33,248 nt of DNA, from positions 1 to 33,248 of the forward strand of contig CAYJNB010000001.1 of NCBI GenBank assembly GCA_964371205.1, read 5' to 3'. Position numbers and translations under genes: made by a program. The DNA comes from an uncultured Treponemataceae bacterium. GTDB taxonomy: Bacteria > Spirochaetota > Spirochaetia > Treponematales > Treponemataceae. The notes below the pieces were generated by a model. It was not told the DNA's origin. It saw only the letters and a list, made by a program, of their open reading frames with translations, and made no database searches. Shown here piece by piece: positions 24,117 to 33,248 of this stretch (position 1 is the stretch's first letter; every line of letters starts with the position of its first letter).

Positions 24117-26064
24117 ATGAGCGATAGTCACGATTTGGAACGTATTGCAGAGTTAGAATCTCTTATTTTGAAATACCAGGATGCATATTATAACAGTGAG
24201 CCGCTTATTAGCGATGCTGATTTTGATGTTCTTTGGGATGAACTTAAACTGCTCAATCCAGAAAATGCAGTTTTGCATAAAGTAGGGGCAGACTCTGCAG
24301 ATGCTTCTGATATAACAAGCGGTAACTTTGAAAAAGCTCGACATGTTATGATGATGGGATCTCAAGACAAGGCTGCAAATCCTCAAGAGTTTATGGATTG
24401 GGCTAAAAAACGGGATTTTAATGAATTTATAGTTGAATATAAACTTGATGGCGCAAGCCTTGAGTTGCAGTATGAAGATGGCTTATTAACGCGTGCAGTA
24501 ACTCGCGGCGATGGTGTTATTGGAGATGATATAACACGTAATGTTCTTAAAATGCAGGGAGCTGTAAAAAAATTAGAAAAAAAAAGGCGATTCTGGCGAC
24601 CTGTTTTCTCAAGATGAAGTGTTGCCTCTAACTGGAGCTGTTCGGGGCGAGGTAATTATGACTCATGAGGTGCATAAAGAGCACTTTGCAGACAAAGCAA
24701 ACTGTCGCAATGCTGCAAACGGTCTTATGAAGCGTAAGGATGGCAGTGGAAGTGAATATCTGTGTATTATATGTTACGATGCTTATTTCCCACAAAATAC
24801 ACCTTTTTCGGACGAAATAGAAAAAATGCAGTGGCTAAGCAAAATGGGTTTTACAACCTCTCCTTACGAACTATGCAATAGTGTACAAAGAGTAATTGAC
24901 TTCCGCGCAGAAGTGATGGAGAAACGAGAGTCACTCGCTTACGATATAGATGGTCTTGTTGTTAAAAATAAACAGATCGACTTAGTCGATGCGTCTCGTA
25001 CACGCCCAGAAAAGCAAATAGCATTTAAGTTTAGTTTAGAAGAAGCGGTAACTATTTTGCGCACCGTAACTTGGAGCGAGTCTGGGGCAACATATACACC
25101 TATAGGCGAATTTGATGCAGTAGAGCTTGCAGGAACAAGAGTTCAACGTGCCAGTTTGAACAATCCAAATATGATACGTTCACTTAATTTACAAATTGGA
25201 AGTCATGTAGTTGTTACCAAGCGTGGAGAAATAATTCCAAAAATAGAAAGTCTTATACAAAATCCGCCAGATGCAACTCCAATTGAGCAACCCTCTGTAT
25301 GTGGCACGTGCAATACGCAGCTAATAGATGAAGGTACAAGGTTGTATTGTCCAAATCCAGGTTGTCCAAAAAGAATACACCATCGGCTCGAAAAATGGAT
25401 ATCGGTGTTAGATGTGCGCGATTTTGGAGAAAATTTAATAAAACGTCTTTTTGAAAGTGGTCGACTGTCTAGTATAAGTGATTTTTATACGCTCACCCAA
25501 GACGAATTAGCCAACTTAGACCGAATGGGGGAAAAGAGTGCAATAAAAGTTCTTGCCTCCCTTAATAATCGACGTGAAATAACGCTGTCTCAGTTTTGTG
25601 CAGGATTTGATATTGAAGGCCTCGGAGAAACCTTATTCGATAAACTTATTGCAAATGGGTTTGACTCTTTAGAAAAACTACTTTCTGCCAATGTAGATTC
25701 CATTGCCTGTGTGCACGGATTTGGCGATATTACAGCTAAAACACTTGTTACTGGTTTTAGCGAATGTGCTGTGCAAATGAAAGAGCTAATAGAAAAAGGA
25801 TACGTTTCTATAAAAACAACTGAAACTTCTGAAATTACTGGAAAATCATTTTGTTTTACTGGAGAGCTTGCAACAATGAAGCGCTCTGAAGCAGAGACCG
25901 TAGCAAAAAGTAAAGGTGCCTTAGTAAAATCATCTGTAACAAAAGACTTAGATTATTTAGTTACGAATGATAAGACTTCTGGCTCATCAAAAAATAAAAA
26001 AGCTGCTAGTCTTGGTATACCAATCATTGACGAGCAAGAGTTTTTAGCCCTTGTAGCAGGTTAA
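24117..26064 (+). pseudogene. ligA: NAD-dependent DNA ligase interrupted by a +1 frameshift in an A9 run
   Basis: ORF 24117..24617 carries the Ia domain and the KxDG adenylation motif (EYKLDGAS). ORF 24619..26064 carries VRGEVIM, the OB fold, a Cys4 zinc finger (CGTCNT...CPNPGCP), HhH repeats and BRCT (FCFTGEL). Deleting one A from 24577-24585 fuses them into one 648-aa ORF. Confidence 0.9.
24577..24585 (+). repeat. A9 homopolymer at the ligA frame junction (A7 run at 24566-24572 just upstream)
   Basis: Direct count in GTAAAAAAATTAGAAAAAAAAAGG. Confidence 0.95.
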
Positions 26065-26067
26065 TAA

Positions 26068-26355
26068 ATGGAAAGAGCACTAAACAGTATATTAGCAGAA
26101 AATGTACGTTATTATCGTAAATACAATAAACTAACTCAATTTGAACTTTCTGAAAAAATGAATTGCTCTCCTGCCTATATTGGTTTTATAGAGAATGCTA
26201 AATCCAATGTTTCCTTTGAAACAATAGATTCTTTGTGTGTTGCTCTTAATATTACACCAAAAACATTGTTTCAAACTAAAGAGACAAATAAATTTCAATA
26301 TGGTCTAGCAGGTGTTTTAGGCGAAATTTCTGCCGTTCTTAATAAATACTTGTAG
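26068..26355 (+). CDS. XRE-family helix-turn-helix transcriptional regulator
   Basis: 95 aa. NKLTQFELSEKMNCSPAYIGFIENAKSNVSFETIDSLCVAL is a Cro/C1-type HTH. Confidence 0.75.
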   Translation: MERALNSILAENVRYYRKYNKLTQFELSEKMNCSPAYIGFIENAKSNVSFETIDSLCVALNITPKTLFQTKETNKFQYGLAGVLGEISAVLNKYL

Positions 26356-26395
26356 TAAACAGCTATTTTTCTTTCAAATGATACGTGTAGGTATG

Positions 26396-26424
26396 TTGAC
26401 TAAGAAGGCTGTGTTTGTTACACT
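26396..26424 (+). promoter_or_regulatory. Putative rpsT promoter
   Basis: -35 TTGACT (26396-26401), a 17-nt spacer, -10 TACACT (26419-26424). Confidence 0.4.
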
Positions 26425-26474
26425 TATAAAGCAATTTTTAAGAACAATAGTTCTACATTTTTTGGAGGTTTCCT

Positions 26475-26753
26475 TTGGCAGCAAAACAATCGTCTGCAGA
26501 AAAAAGACACCGACAGAGCGAAGATCGTCGTTTAAAAAACAAATCGGTAAAAAGCTCTGTACGTACTAGTGCAAAAAAATTCGTGGCCGCTGTGCACGCT
26601 AAAGATGCAGAAATGTCATCTGATAAACTAAAGCAGCTCGTAAAAGAACTCGATACAGCCGCGCGCAAAGGTATTTTAAAGAAGAATGCAGTTTCACGTA
26701 AAAAATCACGTATGATGAAATTGTATAATGCTTCTTTTGCCGCTGCACGTTAG
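26475..26753 (+). CDS. rpsT: 30S ribosomal protein S20
   Basis: 92 aa, very basic (AAKQSSAEKRHRQSEDRRLKNKSVKSSVRT). TTG start 6 nt after GGAGG. Confidence 0.88.
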   Translation: MAAKQSSAEKRHRQSEDRRLKNKSVKSSVRTSAKKFVAAVHAKDAEMSSDKLKQLVKELDTAARKGILKKNAVSRKKSRMMKLYNASFAAAR

Positions 26754-26768
26754 TGTTTAAAACGTATT

Positions 26769-26792
26769 CGGGGTGTCGTTTACGGCATCCCG
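26769..26792 (+). terminator. GC-rich hairpin after rpsT (possible terminator)
   Basis: CGGGGTGTCG-TTTA-CGGCATCCCG forms a 10-bp stem including G-U pairs. The downstream U-tract is weak. Confidence 0.4.
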
Positions 26793-26841
26793 TAGTATCG
26801 AGTTTTACTTAATACCTTAAGCTTTGCTTTGGGGAGGGCGT

Positions 26842-27150
26842 ATGTCTCGTGAAAAAATCACAAAGGTTGATTTAGTCGAAACAGTATATGAGCAGGTAGA
26901 TTGCGAAAAGCAAGTTGTTCAGTCTGTTATCGAGAGTTTTTTGTCTTCTTTAAAAGAATCTATCATGGATGGGGCCAGTATTGAATTACGCGGTTTTGGC
27001 TCATTTACTCATAAAAAGCGCTTAGGGCGTAAAAACGCGCGAAATCCTCGTACAGGGGAAATTGTTGAAGTTGATCCACATACTGTGGTTGTATTCCGTC
27101 CTGGAAAAGAAATAAAGGCCTCTGTACGCGATTTAGAATCTGATACATAA
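26842..27150 (+). CDS. HU/IHF-family DNA-binding protein
   Basis: Motif RGFGSFTHKKRLGRKNARNPRTGEIVEVDPHTVVVFRPGKEIK (the beta-arm with its conserved Pro). I prefer ATG 26842, which has GGAGGG upstream, over the track start at 26824. Confidence 0.85.
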   Translation: MSREKITKVDLVETVYEQVDCEKQVVQSVIESFLSSLKESIMDGASIELRGFGSFTHKKRLGRKNARNPRTGEIVEVDPHTVVVFRPGKEIKASVRDLESDT

Positions 27151-27162
27151 GGCTTGTTTACA

Positions 27163-28788
27163 ATGAAAAAAAATCAAAATAACTTATCGAACTCTCATAT
27201 AACCTATACATTAATTAATATAGTATTAATGTTAGCAGGTGTTGTTCTTTTTACCTTGCCTCAACCAAATTTGCTCACTGTTAATGGGCTCCCGTTTTTA
27301 ATTTACTTTGCTTTATTACCTGTTTTTCTTTTAGTACGTCGTGCTTCTTGGAAGAGTATTTGTGCATATGGCTTTGTTTACGGGGCGTTATGCTATTGTT
27401 TTTATACTTCATGGCTTGGAGATTTTCATCCTTTAGGTTTAGTGGTTATTGCATCTCAATATGGCTTATACTTGCTTGCAACATTCCCCATTTTAAAAGC
27501 TGCTGCATCCCTTTTTCCTCGATTTGGTTGGGTGGTTCAGTGGATTGTATGGTGTGGGTATGAATATATAAAAACACTTGGTTTTCCTGGTTTTCAATAT
27601 GGGGTAACTGGATATTCTCAATGGCAGAACATTTTTTTAATGCAAATTGCTGATTTGGGAGGTGTGTGGTTGGTAAGTGCACTTGTTTGTTTTCCGTCTG
27701 CCTTACTAACAGGACTTGTTTTGGCACCACAAAAAAAACAATGGCTAAAAGTTCATCGAGTGTGGGTTGCAAGTTGGTGTGTGCTTTTTGTAGCTTCATT
27801 TTTGTATGGTTTTTTTGCCCAAGTCGATTATTCAAAAAATAGAACTGCAACGGTTGCTTTAATTCAACCAAATAGCGACCCGTGGAAGGGCGGTATGCCT
27901 GCATATACAAAAGATTTTAAGACCCTATCTCGCTTGTCCGATGAGGCCTTAGCAGAAAATCCAAATATTGATTTTGTAGTGTGGCCCGAAACGTCTTTTA
28001 TTCCAAGAATTGAATGGCATTTTAAATATCGCAGAGAAAGAGATAAGTTTGAGTTAGTTGAAGACTTATTACATTATTTAGATAATGCACCTGTACCATA
28101 TATAATTGGAAATGACGATGCAGTTCTTGGCTATACTAAGCAAGGTACGCAAGGAGCAATAGATTATAATTCAGCATTTTTGTTTAGACCTGGAGAAAAC
28201 GTAATACCGCCAAATCCAGAGCGATATAGAAAAATGCACTTAGTTCCATATACAGAACATTTTCCATACGAGAAGCAACTTCCTTTTGTGTATGATGCAC
28301 TTATTGCAACTGATACTCACTTTTGGGAGAAGGGTACAGATGTAAAGGTATTTAGAATTGGAGATATTGCCTTTTCTACACCAATATGTTTTGAAGACAC
28401 CTTTGGATATATTTCTAGACGATTTGTAAACGCAGGAGCTCAAGCAATTGTTAACCTTACAAATGATGCTTGGTCGAATAGTCTTGCATGCCAGTATCAA
28501 CACCTCTCTATGGCAGTATTTAGATCCGTAGAAAATAAGGTGCCAACTGTTCGTTCAACAGCCTCGGGTCAAACGGCTATTATTGATCCAAATGGAAAAA
28601 TTACTGCTATGGCAGAACCATTTACCGAAACCTACCTTGTAGGATCAATTCCGATACGTCGCATAGAGAGTAAAACGCTGTATACACGATTAGGCGACTA
28701 TGTAGGCATTATTTTTGCCGCTCTTAGCTTTTTGTGTATAGCCTTTGGATTAGTAAAAAAAATACATTCAATTAATTCTAAAAAGTAG
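27163..28788 (+). CDS. lnt: Apolipoprotein N-acyltransferase
   Basis: About 541 aa. An N-terminal polytopic membrane domain plus a C-terminal CN-hydrolase domain (VALIQPN, VVWPETSF, PICFEDTF with the catalytic Cys), then a final TM helix. ATG 27163 is preferred over TTG 27154. Confidence 0.85.
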   Translation: MKKNQNNLSNSHITYTLINIVLMLAGVVLFTLPQPNLLTVNGLPFLIYFALLPVFLLVRRASWKSICAYGFVYGALCYCFYTSWLGDFHPLGLVVIASQYGLYLLATFPILKAAASLFPRFGWVVQWIVWCGYEYIKTLGFPGFQYGVTGYSQWQNIFLMQIADLGGVWLVSALVCFPSALLTGLVLAPQKKQWLKVHRVWVASWCVLFVASFLYGFFAQVDYSKNRTATVALIQPNSDPWKGGMPAYTKDFKTLSRLSDEALAENPNIDFVVWPETSFIPRIEWHFKYRRERDKFELVEDLLHYLDNAPVPYIIGNDDAVLGYTKQGTQGAIDYNSAFLFRPGENVIPPNPERYRKMHLVPYTEHFPYEKQLPFVYDALIATDTHFWEKGTDVKVFRIGDIAFSTPICFEDTFGYISRRFVNAGAQAIVNLTNDAWSNSLACQYQHLSMAVFRSVENKVPTVRSTASGQTAIIDPNGKITAMAEPFTETYLVGSIPIRRIESKTLYTRLGDYVGIIFAALSFLCIAFGLVKKIHSINSKK

Positions 28789-28873
28789 TAGTAACTAAAC
28801 TATAAATTCGCTATACTACCGTAGGAAGATTTTGTAGTCGACCTATTCAATTAATCATTGTTATGGAGATTTT

Positions 28874-29311
28874 ATGGCCCGTTCATTACAAGAAAAAGAT
28901 AAAAATTTTACTGTTTTTGGCGAAGAAACTGAGTTTGATGGTGTTTTAGAATTTAGCGACGACTTAGTAATTGCAGGAAAATTTAATGGTACTATTAATG
29001 CTACAGGTAATTTAGAATTAGCAAAATCAGCTGTTTGCAAAACAGATGTTGTTAAAGCTGATTCAATTATTATTGCAGGTACACTTGTTGGTAATGTTGA
29101 AGCTATTGATAAGGTCGAAGTATTGAGCGGTAGTTCTGTTACAGGTAATGTACTTGCCTCTCGTTTAAGAATTGACGAAGATGTTCAATTTGATGGCGAA
29201 GTAACTATGACAGAATCTAAATCGCCTACAGATATTTTTTCAGTAAATGGCAAAGAGCTCAAAAAGACACTACAGCTTAAATCAACCGAAGAAAAAAGCG
29301 AGAATGAATAA
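28874..29311 (+). CDS. Bactofilin (polymer-forming cytoskeletal protein, DUF583)
   Basis: 145 aa. A repetitive beta-helix pattern: LVIAGKFNGTINATGNLELAKSAVCKTDVVKADSIIIAGTLVGNVEA...VTGNVLASRLRIDEDVQFDGEV. Confidence 0.8.
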   Translation: MARSLQEKDKNFTVFGEETEFDGVLEFSDDLVIAGKFNGTINATGNLELAKSAVCKTDVVKADSIIIAGTLVGNVEAIDKVEVLSGSSVTGNVLASRLRIDEDVQFDGEVTMTESKSPTDIFSVNGKELKKTLQLKSTEEKSENE

Positions 29312-29337
29312 GTAAGAAAGGCTACAGAGGAAAATAG

Positions 29338-32040
29338 ATGAAAGGTATTGAATTAGAAAAAGCATATAATCCACAAGATTTTGAAGATAGAATTTATAAA
29401 GAATGGGAAGATAAAGGACACTTTAAACCTTCAACAGATACGAATAAAGAAACCTTTACGGTAGTAATTCCTCCGCCAAATGTAACGGGTGTTCTTCACA
29501 TGGGTCATGGCTTAAATAATACATTACAAGATATTGTAGTGCGTTATCATCGAATGGCAGGTAAGTCAACACTTTGGGTACCGGGAACGGATCATGCTGG
29601 TATTGCAACACAAAACGTAGTTGAGCGCAGATTAAAACAAGATGGCAAAAGTCGACATGACTTGGGTCGCGAAGCCTTTATTGAAAAAACATGGGAAGTT
29701 AAAAAAGAACACCACGAAATAATTACAAAACAATTACGTAAGATTGGGGCAAGTGTTGACTGGTCTCACGAGCGATTTACCCTAGATGAAGGTCTTTCTG
29801 AGGCTGTACGCGACGTATTTGTTACTCTTTACGAAAGAGGGCTTATATATCGTGGTAATTATCTAGTAAACTGGTGTACATCTTGTGGAACAGCTCTTGC
29901 AGATGATGAGGTTGACCACGAGGATAAGAATGGTGCAATGTACCACATATATTACGAAACAGCTGATGGTGGAAAACTTGAGATAGCTACAACACGTCCA
30001 GAGACGCTTTTAGGTGATACAGCAGTTGCTGTTCATCCAGAAGATGAGCGATATAAGCATCTTATTGGGACCATGGTAAAACTGCCATTAACAGATAGAA
30101 CAATTCCTGTAGTTGCAGATACCTATGTAGAAAAAGAGTTTGGTACTGGTGTGGTAAAAATTACACCTGCACATGACCCAAATGACTGGGAAGTAGGTAA
30201 AAGACACAATTTACCAATTATTAATATTTTAAATCCTAACGGAACTCTAAATGATGAAGTTCCTCAAAAATACCGTGGTATGTCTACAAAAGAAGCTCGT
30301 AAGGCAGTTATTGCAGACTTAGAAGAAGTAGGATTATTTAAAGAAGAGAAAAAAATTACTCATGCTGTTGGGCATTGTTATCGTTGTAATACAGTAGTTG
30401 AATCCTATTTGAGCGACCAATGGTTTGTAAAAATGAAGCCTCTCGCTGATAAAGCCCTTTCTGCATGGAAAAATGGCGATATTGTATTCTATCCAAAAAA
30501 ATGGGAAAATACGTATTCTCATTGGATGGAAAACATTCGAGACTGGTGTATTAGTAGACAAATTTGGTGGGGGCACCGTATTCCTGTTTGGTACTGCCCT
30601 TGCGGTGAGCTTATTGTAAGCCGCGAAGCACCAACATCTTGCCCAAAATGTAATGCAGCAATTACTGCAGATATGCAGGATACAGATGTATTAGATACGT
30701 GGTTTTCTAGCTGGTTGTGGCCCTTTTCGACACTTGGCTGGCCAGAAAAAACAGCAGATTTGGCACGATTTTATCCTACATCAACACTTATTACTGCTTA
30801 CGACATCATCTTTTTCTGGGTAAGTCGTATGATTATGGCAGGACTTGAGTTTACAGGCGAAGTTCCATTTCGTGATATTTACATTCATGGTTTAGTGCGC
30901 GATAAACATGGGCGCAAAATGAGCAAGTCTCTTGGTAATGGTATTGATCCGCTCGAAATAATAAGTGAATTTGGCTCAGATGCACTCAAATTTACCCTTG
31001 GGTTCTTATGTGCGCAGGGGCAAGATGTATTGGTAGATAACGAATCATTTAAGCTTGGTAGCCGTTTTGCAAATAAAATTTGGAATGCTTCTCGCTATAT
31101 GCTAGGAAATCTTGAAGGGCGTGAACTTGTAGCTATTGATGAGAGTGCTAATTCAGATTTAGCAGGTGATAATGGTTTAACAGAGCTCGATCGTTGGATT
31201 TATGCCCGTCTAAATACAGCGGTAAAAACAATGCGATCAGCATTAGAAGGATATCGTTACAACGAAGGTGCTCAGGCAGCATACGAGTTCTTTTGGAATG
31301 ATTTTTGCGACTGGTATGTTGAAGCAACAAAACTTTCGTTTAGAAACGGAACAGAAGCAGAAAAAAATAGGGCGATTTCAGTTCTGCTCAATGTGCTTGA
31401 AGAAAGTTTACGCTTAATGCATCCTTATCTCCCATTTGTAACTGAAGAAATCTATCAAAAATTACCACTTGACGTTTTAGCAAAAAATAGAGAAATTTAT
31501 AATAGAGACGGATATACAGGAATGCTTATTAGTGCTCCTTATCCACAAGAAATGCAAACGAGAGAAAATCCTGCTGTTATCGAGCGCTTTGAAGTTCTTC
31601 AAGATGTAATCCGCTCAATTCGCGCATTACGTGCAGAGTGTGGTATTTCTCCAGACTTAAAATTGCGTGTTGCTCTTATTTTGAACGAAGGAAGCCCTGC
31701 TCAAATATGTAGTGAAAAAACAGATCTTATGTGTCTACTTGCAGGTCTAGCTTCGGTAGAAATTGTGGAAAACAAACCTCAAAACGCAATTGGAGCTGTT
31801 GGTAATGGTTATGAAGCCTTTGTAGTTATTGGAGAAAACATAGACTCAAGCCAACTAAAAGCCCGTTTTGAAAAAGAAATTGCTACAGAATCTGCTTTTA
31901 TTCAAAAAATAGAAGCAAAGCTCAGTGGTAAATTCGCGCAGAATGCGCCTGCAGACGTAGTTGCAGCAGAAAAAGAGAAATTAACGAATACAAGGCGTAG
32001 GGTAGAAAAACTTACCTCCTATATTGAGAGTTTACATTAA
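29338..32040 (+). CDS. valS: Valine--tRNA ligase
   Basis: 900 aa. HIGH-type motif PPPNVTGVLHMGH, KMSKS, a CP1 editing domain and a C-terminal coiled coil. Confidence 0.95.
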   Translation: MKGIELEKAYNPQDFEDRIYKEWEDKGHFKPSTDTNKETFTVVIPPPNVTGVLHMGHGLNNTLQDIVVRYHRMAGKSTLWVPGTDHAGIATQNVVERRLKQDGKSRHDLGREAFIEKTWEVKKEHHEIITKQLRKIGASVDWSHERFTLDEGLSEAVRDVFVTLYERGLIYRGNYLVNWCTSCGTALADDEVDHEDKNGAMYHIYYETADGGKLEIATTRPETLLGDTAVAVHPEDERYKHLIGTMVKLPLTDRTIPVVADTYVEKEFGTGVVKITPAHDPNDWEVGKRHNLPIINILNPNGTLNDEVPQKYRGMSTKEARKAVIADLEEVGLFKEEKKITHAVGHCYRCNTVVESYLSDQWFVKMKPLADKALSAWKNGDIVFYPKKWENTYSHWMENIRDWCISRQIWWGHRIPVWYCPCGELIVSREAPTSCPKCNAAITADMQDTDVLDTWFSSWLWPFSTLGWPEKTADLARFYPTSTLITAYDIIFFWVSRMIMAGLEFTGEVPFRDIYIHGLVRDKHGRKMSKSLGNGIDPLEIISEFGSDALKFTLGFLCAQGQDVLVDNESFKLGSRFANKIWNASRYMLGNLEGRELVAIDESANSDLAGDNGLTELDRWIYARLNTAVKTMRSALEGYRYNEGAQAAYEFFWNDFCDWYVEATKLSFRNGTEAEKNRAISVLLNVLEESLRLMHPYLPFVTEEIYQKLPLDVLAKNREIYNRDGYTGMLISAPYPQEMQTRENPAVIERFEVLQDVIRSIRALRAECGISPDLKLRVALILNEGSPAQICSEKTDLMCLLAGLASVEIVENKPQNAIGAVGNGYEAFVVIGENIDSSQLKARFEKEIATESAFIQKIEAKLSGKFAQNAPADVVAAEKEKLTNTRRRVEKLTSYIESLH

Positions 32041-32621
32041 TGAACATGAATACCGAGTCAATGCTCGCCCTTAAAGAGATTTATTTAGCTCCTTATATGC
32101 AGCTAGCCACCACATTAATTGGTAAATCTCGCCGTGCGGGGGGGAATATGTTTCGCCATCAGCTTGAGACTATGGCGACACTCATTGACTACGGCTACAT
32201 CGATAGTGTGTTGCTTAAGGCCTCTATTATTCATGACTTAATTGAAGATATTCCTGATTTTGACAGAAACATCATTTACGATATTGAAGACGAGGCAAAA
32301 GAAGTTGTAGAACTTGTATTAGAGGTATCTAAAAAGGAAGGCCAACTTAAGAACGAGTATTTGCGAGGCGTTATAGAGACTGGAAGTACAAAAGCAAAAA
32401 TTCTTAAATGTGCTGATCGCATTAGTAATATGATTAGCCTTGGCTTTGTAACAAGTCCCGAATTTATTGAACGATATTGTGACGAAACAGAAATCTATAT
32501 TTTTCCTATGGCGCTCGAAGTTAATTTTGATATGTATAAAGAACTTATTGACCTTGTTATGACTCGTCGTAAATACCTAGAAGATTCCGGATATCTTGAT
32601 CGAGTAAAAGGCGACGATTAA
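32040..32621 (+). CDS. HD-domain phosphohydrolase resembling RelA/SpoT-type (p)ppGpp hydrolase domain (small alarmone hydrolase-like)
   Basis: 193 aa. The pattern RRAGGNMFRHQLETMATL...ASIIHDLIEDIP...VVELVLEVSK...AKILKCADRISNM follows the R-x-G-G...H-x-x-E...HD-x-x-ED...AD-[KR] order of the SpoT/Mesh1 hydrolase fold. Its ATG overlaps the valS stop (TAATG). Confidence 0.55.
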   Translation: MNMNTESMLALKEIYLAPYMQLATTLIGKSRRAGGNMFRHQLETMATLIDYGYIDSVLLKASIIHDLIEDIPDFDRNIIYDIEDEAKEVVELVLEVSKKEGQLKNEYLRGVIETGSTKAKILKCADRISNMISLGFVTSPEFIERYCDETEIYIFPMALEVNFDMYKELIDLVMTRRKYLEDSGYLDRVKGDD

Positions 32622-32661
32622 GAGTTAGTTACAGTAAAAATAGAAGGTTGTTTGGTAGCTA

Positions 32662-33248
32662 ATGGATTCAGTAATTATTTTTATTTTTGTTTTGGGAGCA
32701 ACTGCACTTTCAATATTAATGCAAATCTCGAATATGCAAGCTCGCTTATTTTTTAAAAATCGCTTAGAATCTCTTATTTTAGATTTAAAATCTTGTGAAT
32801 ATTCAGATTTTGCTGCTGAGTTGTCTGAATATTCTTTTGAGAGAGATCACAATCGAATGCTTAGGTGGGCAAGTGGTTCTTATTATGCAGAGTGGGCACT
32901 TTCTTTATCGATTATGCTATTTTTTCGACGGACAAATGTAGAGAAAACAAGCCCCTTACATCAATATGTCTCATTTTGGAGATATAAGTTCTGGTTAACA
33001 ATTATTCTTTCTTATGTCCAGCATGCATTTATAGTAGTATTTTATGGATTCCCTGTTTTGGCGATATTGCAAAGCGATTTTAACATACTTGCAAAACTTC
33101 TTATTTTATGTGGTATGATTTTACTTGTAGTTTTTGTGTACTCTAAAAAACTCCTTATTCCCTATTCGTATTGGGGAACAAGAGATAATCTAAAACTCTA
33201 CCTTGTAGAACGAAAAATTTATGTTCACAATATGAGTATAAAAGAAGC
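32662..33248 (+). CDS. Hypothetical membrane protein, C-terminus cut by window edge
   Basis: My own translation from ATG 32662 reads MDSVIIFIFVLGATALSILMQISNMQARLFF... It stays open to the window end (195 codons) and has several hydrophobic segments. It is not in the ORF track because it runs off the edge. Confidence 0.5.
   Translation, partial: MDSVIIFIFVLGATALSILMQISNMQARLFFKNRLESLILDLKSCEYSDFAAELSEYSFERDHNRMLRWASGSYYAEWALSLSIMLFFRRTNVEKTSPLHQYVSFWRYKFWLTIILSYVQHAFIVVFYGFPVLAILQSDFNILAKLLILCGMILLVVFVYSKKLLIPYSYWGTRDNLKLYLVERKIYVHNMSIKE

Noticed and set aside
24117-24617. The two ligA pieces considered as a natural split gene (a separate adenylation fragment plus a separate OB/BRCT protein).
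   Set aside because: The break falls inside the nucleotidyltransferase domain at a homopolymer. Frame A ends in 9 residues of nonsense-like sequence (RRFWRPVFSR), and frame B has no RBS. A single-base correction restores a contiguous LigA.
26068-26355. The XRE regulator considered as a marker of a toxin-antitoxin pair or prophage remnant.
   Set aside because: There is no adjacent small partner ORF, integrase, repeat boundary or phage gene. It sits between ligA and rpsT in a housekeeping context.
26378-26668. ORFs 26378..26569 (+) and 26453..26668 (-) overlapping rpsT.
   Set aside because: The S20 frame has a GGAGG RBS and the characteristic basic sequence. The alternatives are out-of-frame or antisense artefacts.
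27446-27910. A 154-aa antisense ORF, plus small sense-strand ORFs, inside lnt.
   Set aside because: They are embedded in the well-supported lnt frame, and no start signals or motifs are present.
29312-29337. A possible T-box or other leader upstream of valS.
   Set aside because: Only 26 nt separate valS from the bactofilin gene, so there is no room for a leader RNA.
1-33248. A window-wide search for a defence island, mobile element, CRISPR array, tRNA or rRNA gene, or an obvious compositional island.
   Set aside because: I recognised no transposase, integrase, recombinase, restriction/modification, Cas, toxin or phage-like proteins, and no long terminal or direct repeats. All large ORFs have plausible housekeeping or metabolic assignments, or are isolated hypotheticals.

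Overview
AT-rich bacterial chromosomal window, densely coded. It is almost entirely housekeeping and central-metabolism genes. Gene content and style (bactofilin, an extra EF-G paralog, an HU/Hbb-like protein, frequent TTG/GTG starts) fit a spirochaete such as Treponema, but I cannot verify the taxon without a search.

Gene order:
- nrdB (partial) and nrdA on the minus strand, with NrdR boxes
- A sugar-phosphate nucleotidyltransferase plus class I mannose-6-P isomerase
- A 6.5-kb 2-keto-3-deoxygluconate (KDG) locus: eda, kdgK, a DHDPS/NAL-family lyase, tctCBA transporter, IclR regulator
- A PLD_N/TPR membrane protein
- An EF-G paralog (minus)
- A GGDEF cyclase, pentapeptide-repeat protein, MBL-fold hydrolase and unknown-protein cluster
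- Two tandem Rrf2 regulators, a metallophosphoesterase and lysA (all minus)
- An unknown protein plus a lipoprotein, trmB, a frameshifted ligA and an XRE regulator
- rpsT, an HU/IHF-like protein, lnt, bactofilin, valS, an HD-domain (p)ppGpp-hydrolase-like protein and a partial membrane protein

I see no rRNA or tRNA genes, CRISPR array, transposase, integrase, phage genes or recognisable defence genes, so I cannot honestly name a clear novel system.

The items most worth a second look:
1. ligA is split by a +1 frameshift inside an A9 run.
2. The EF-G paralog lacks the catalytic switch-II His and has a degenerate G4 motif.
3. The KDG locus uses a tripartite tricarboxylate (TTT) transporter and carries an extra NAL-family lyase, behind a promoter with a 23-bp perfect palindrome.
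4. The GGDEF / pentapeptide / atypical-MBL / unknown gene cluster.
5. A translationally coupled pair of cysteine-less Rrf2 regulators.
6. Three genes without Shine-Dalgarno sequences share the same promoter-to-ATG geometry, which suggests leaderless mRNAs.

All functional calls come from motif recognition by eye. None is backed by a database search.
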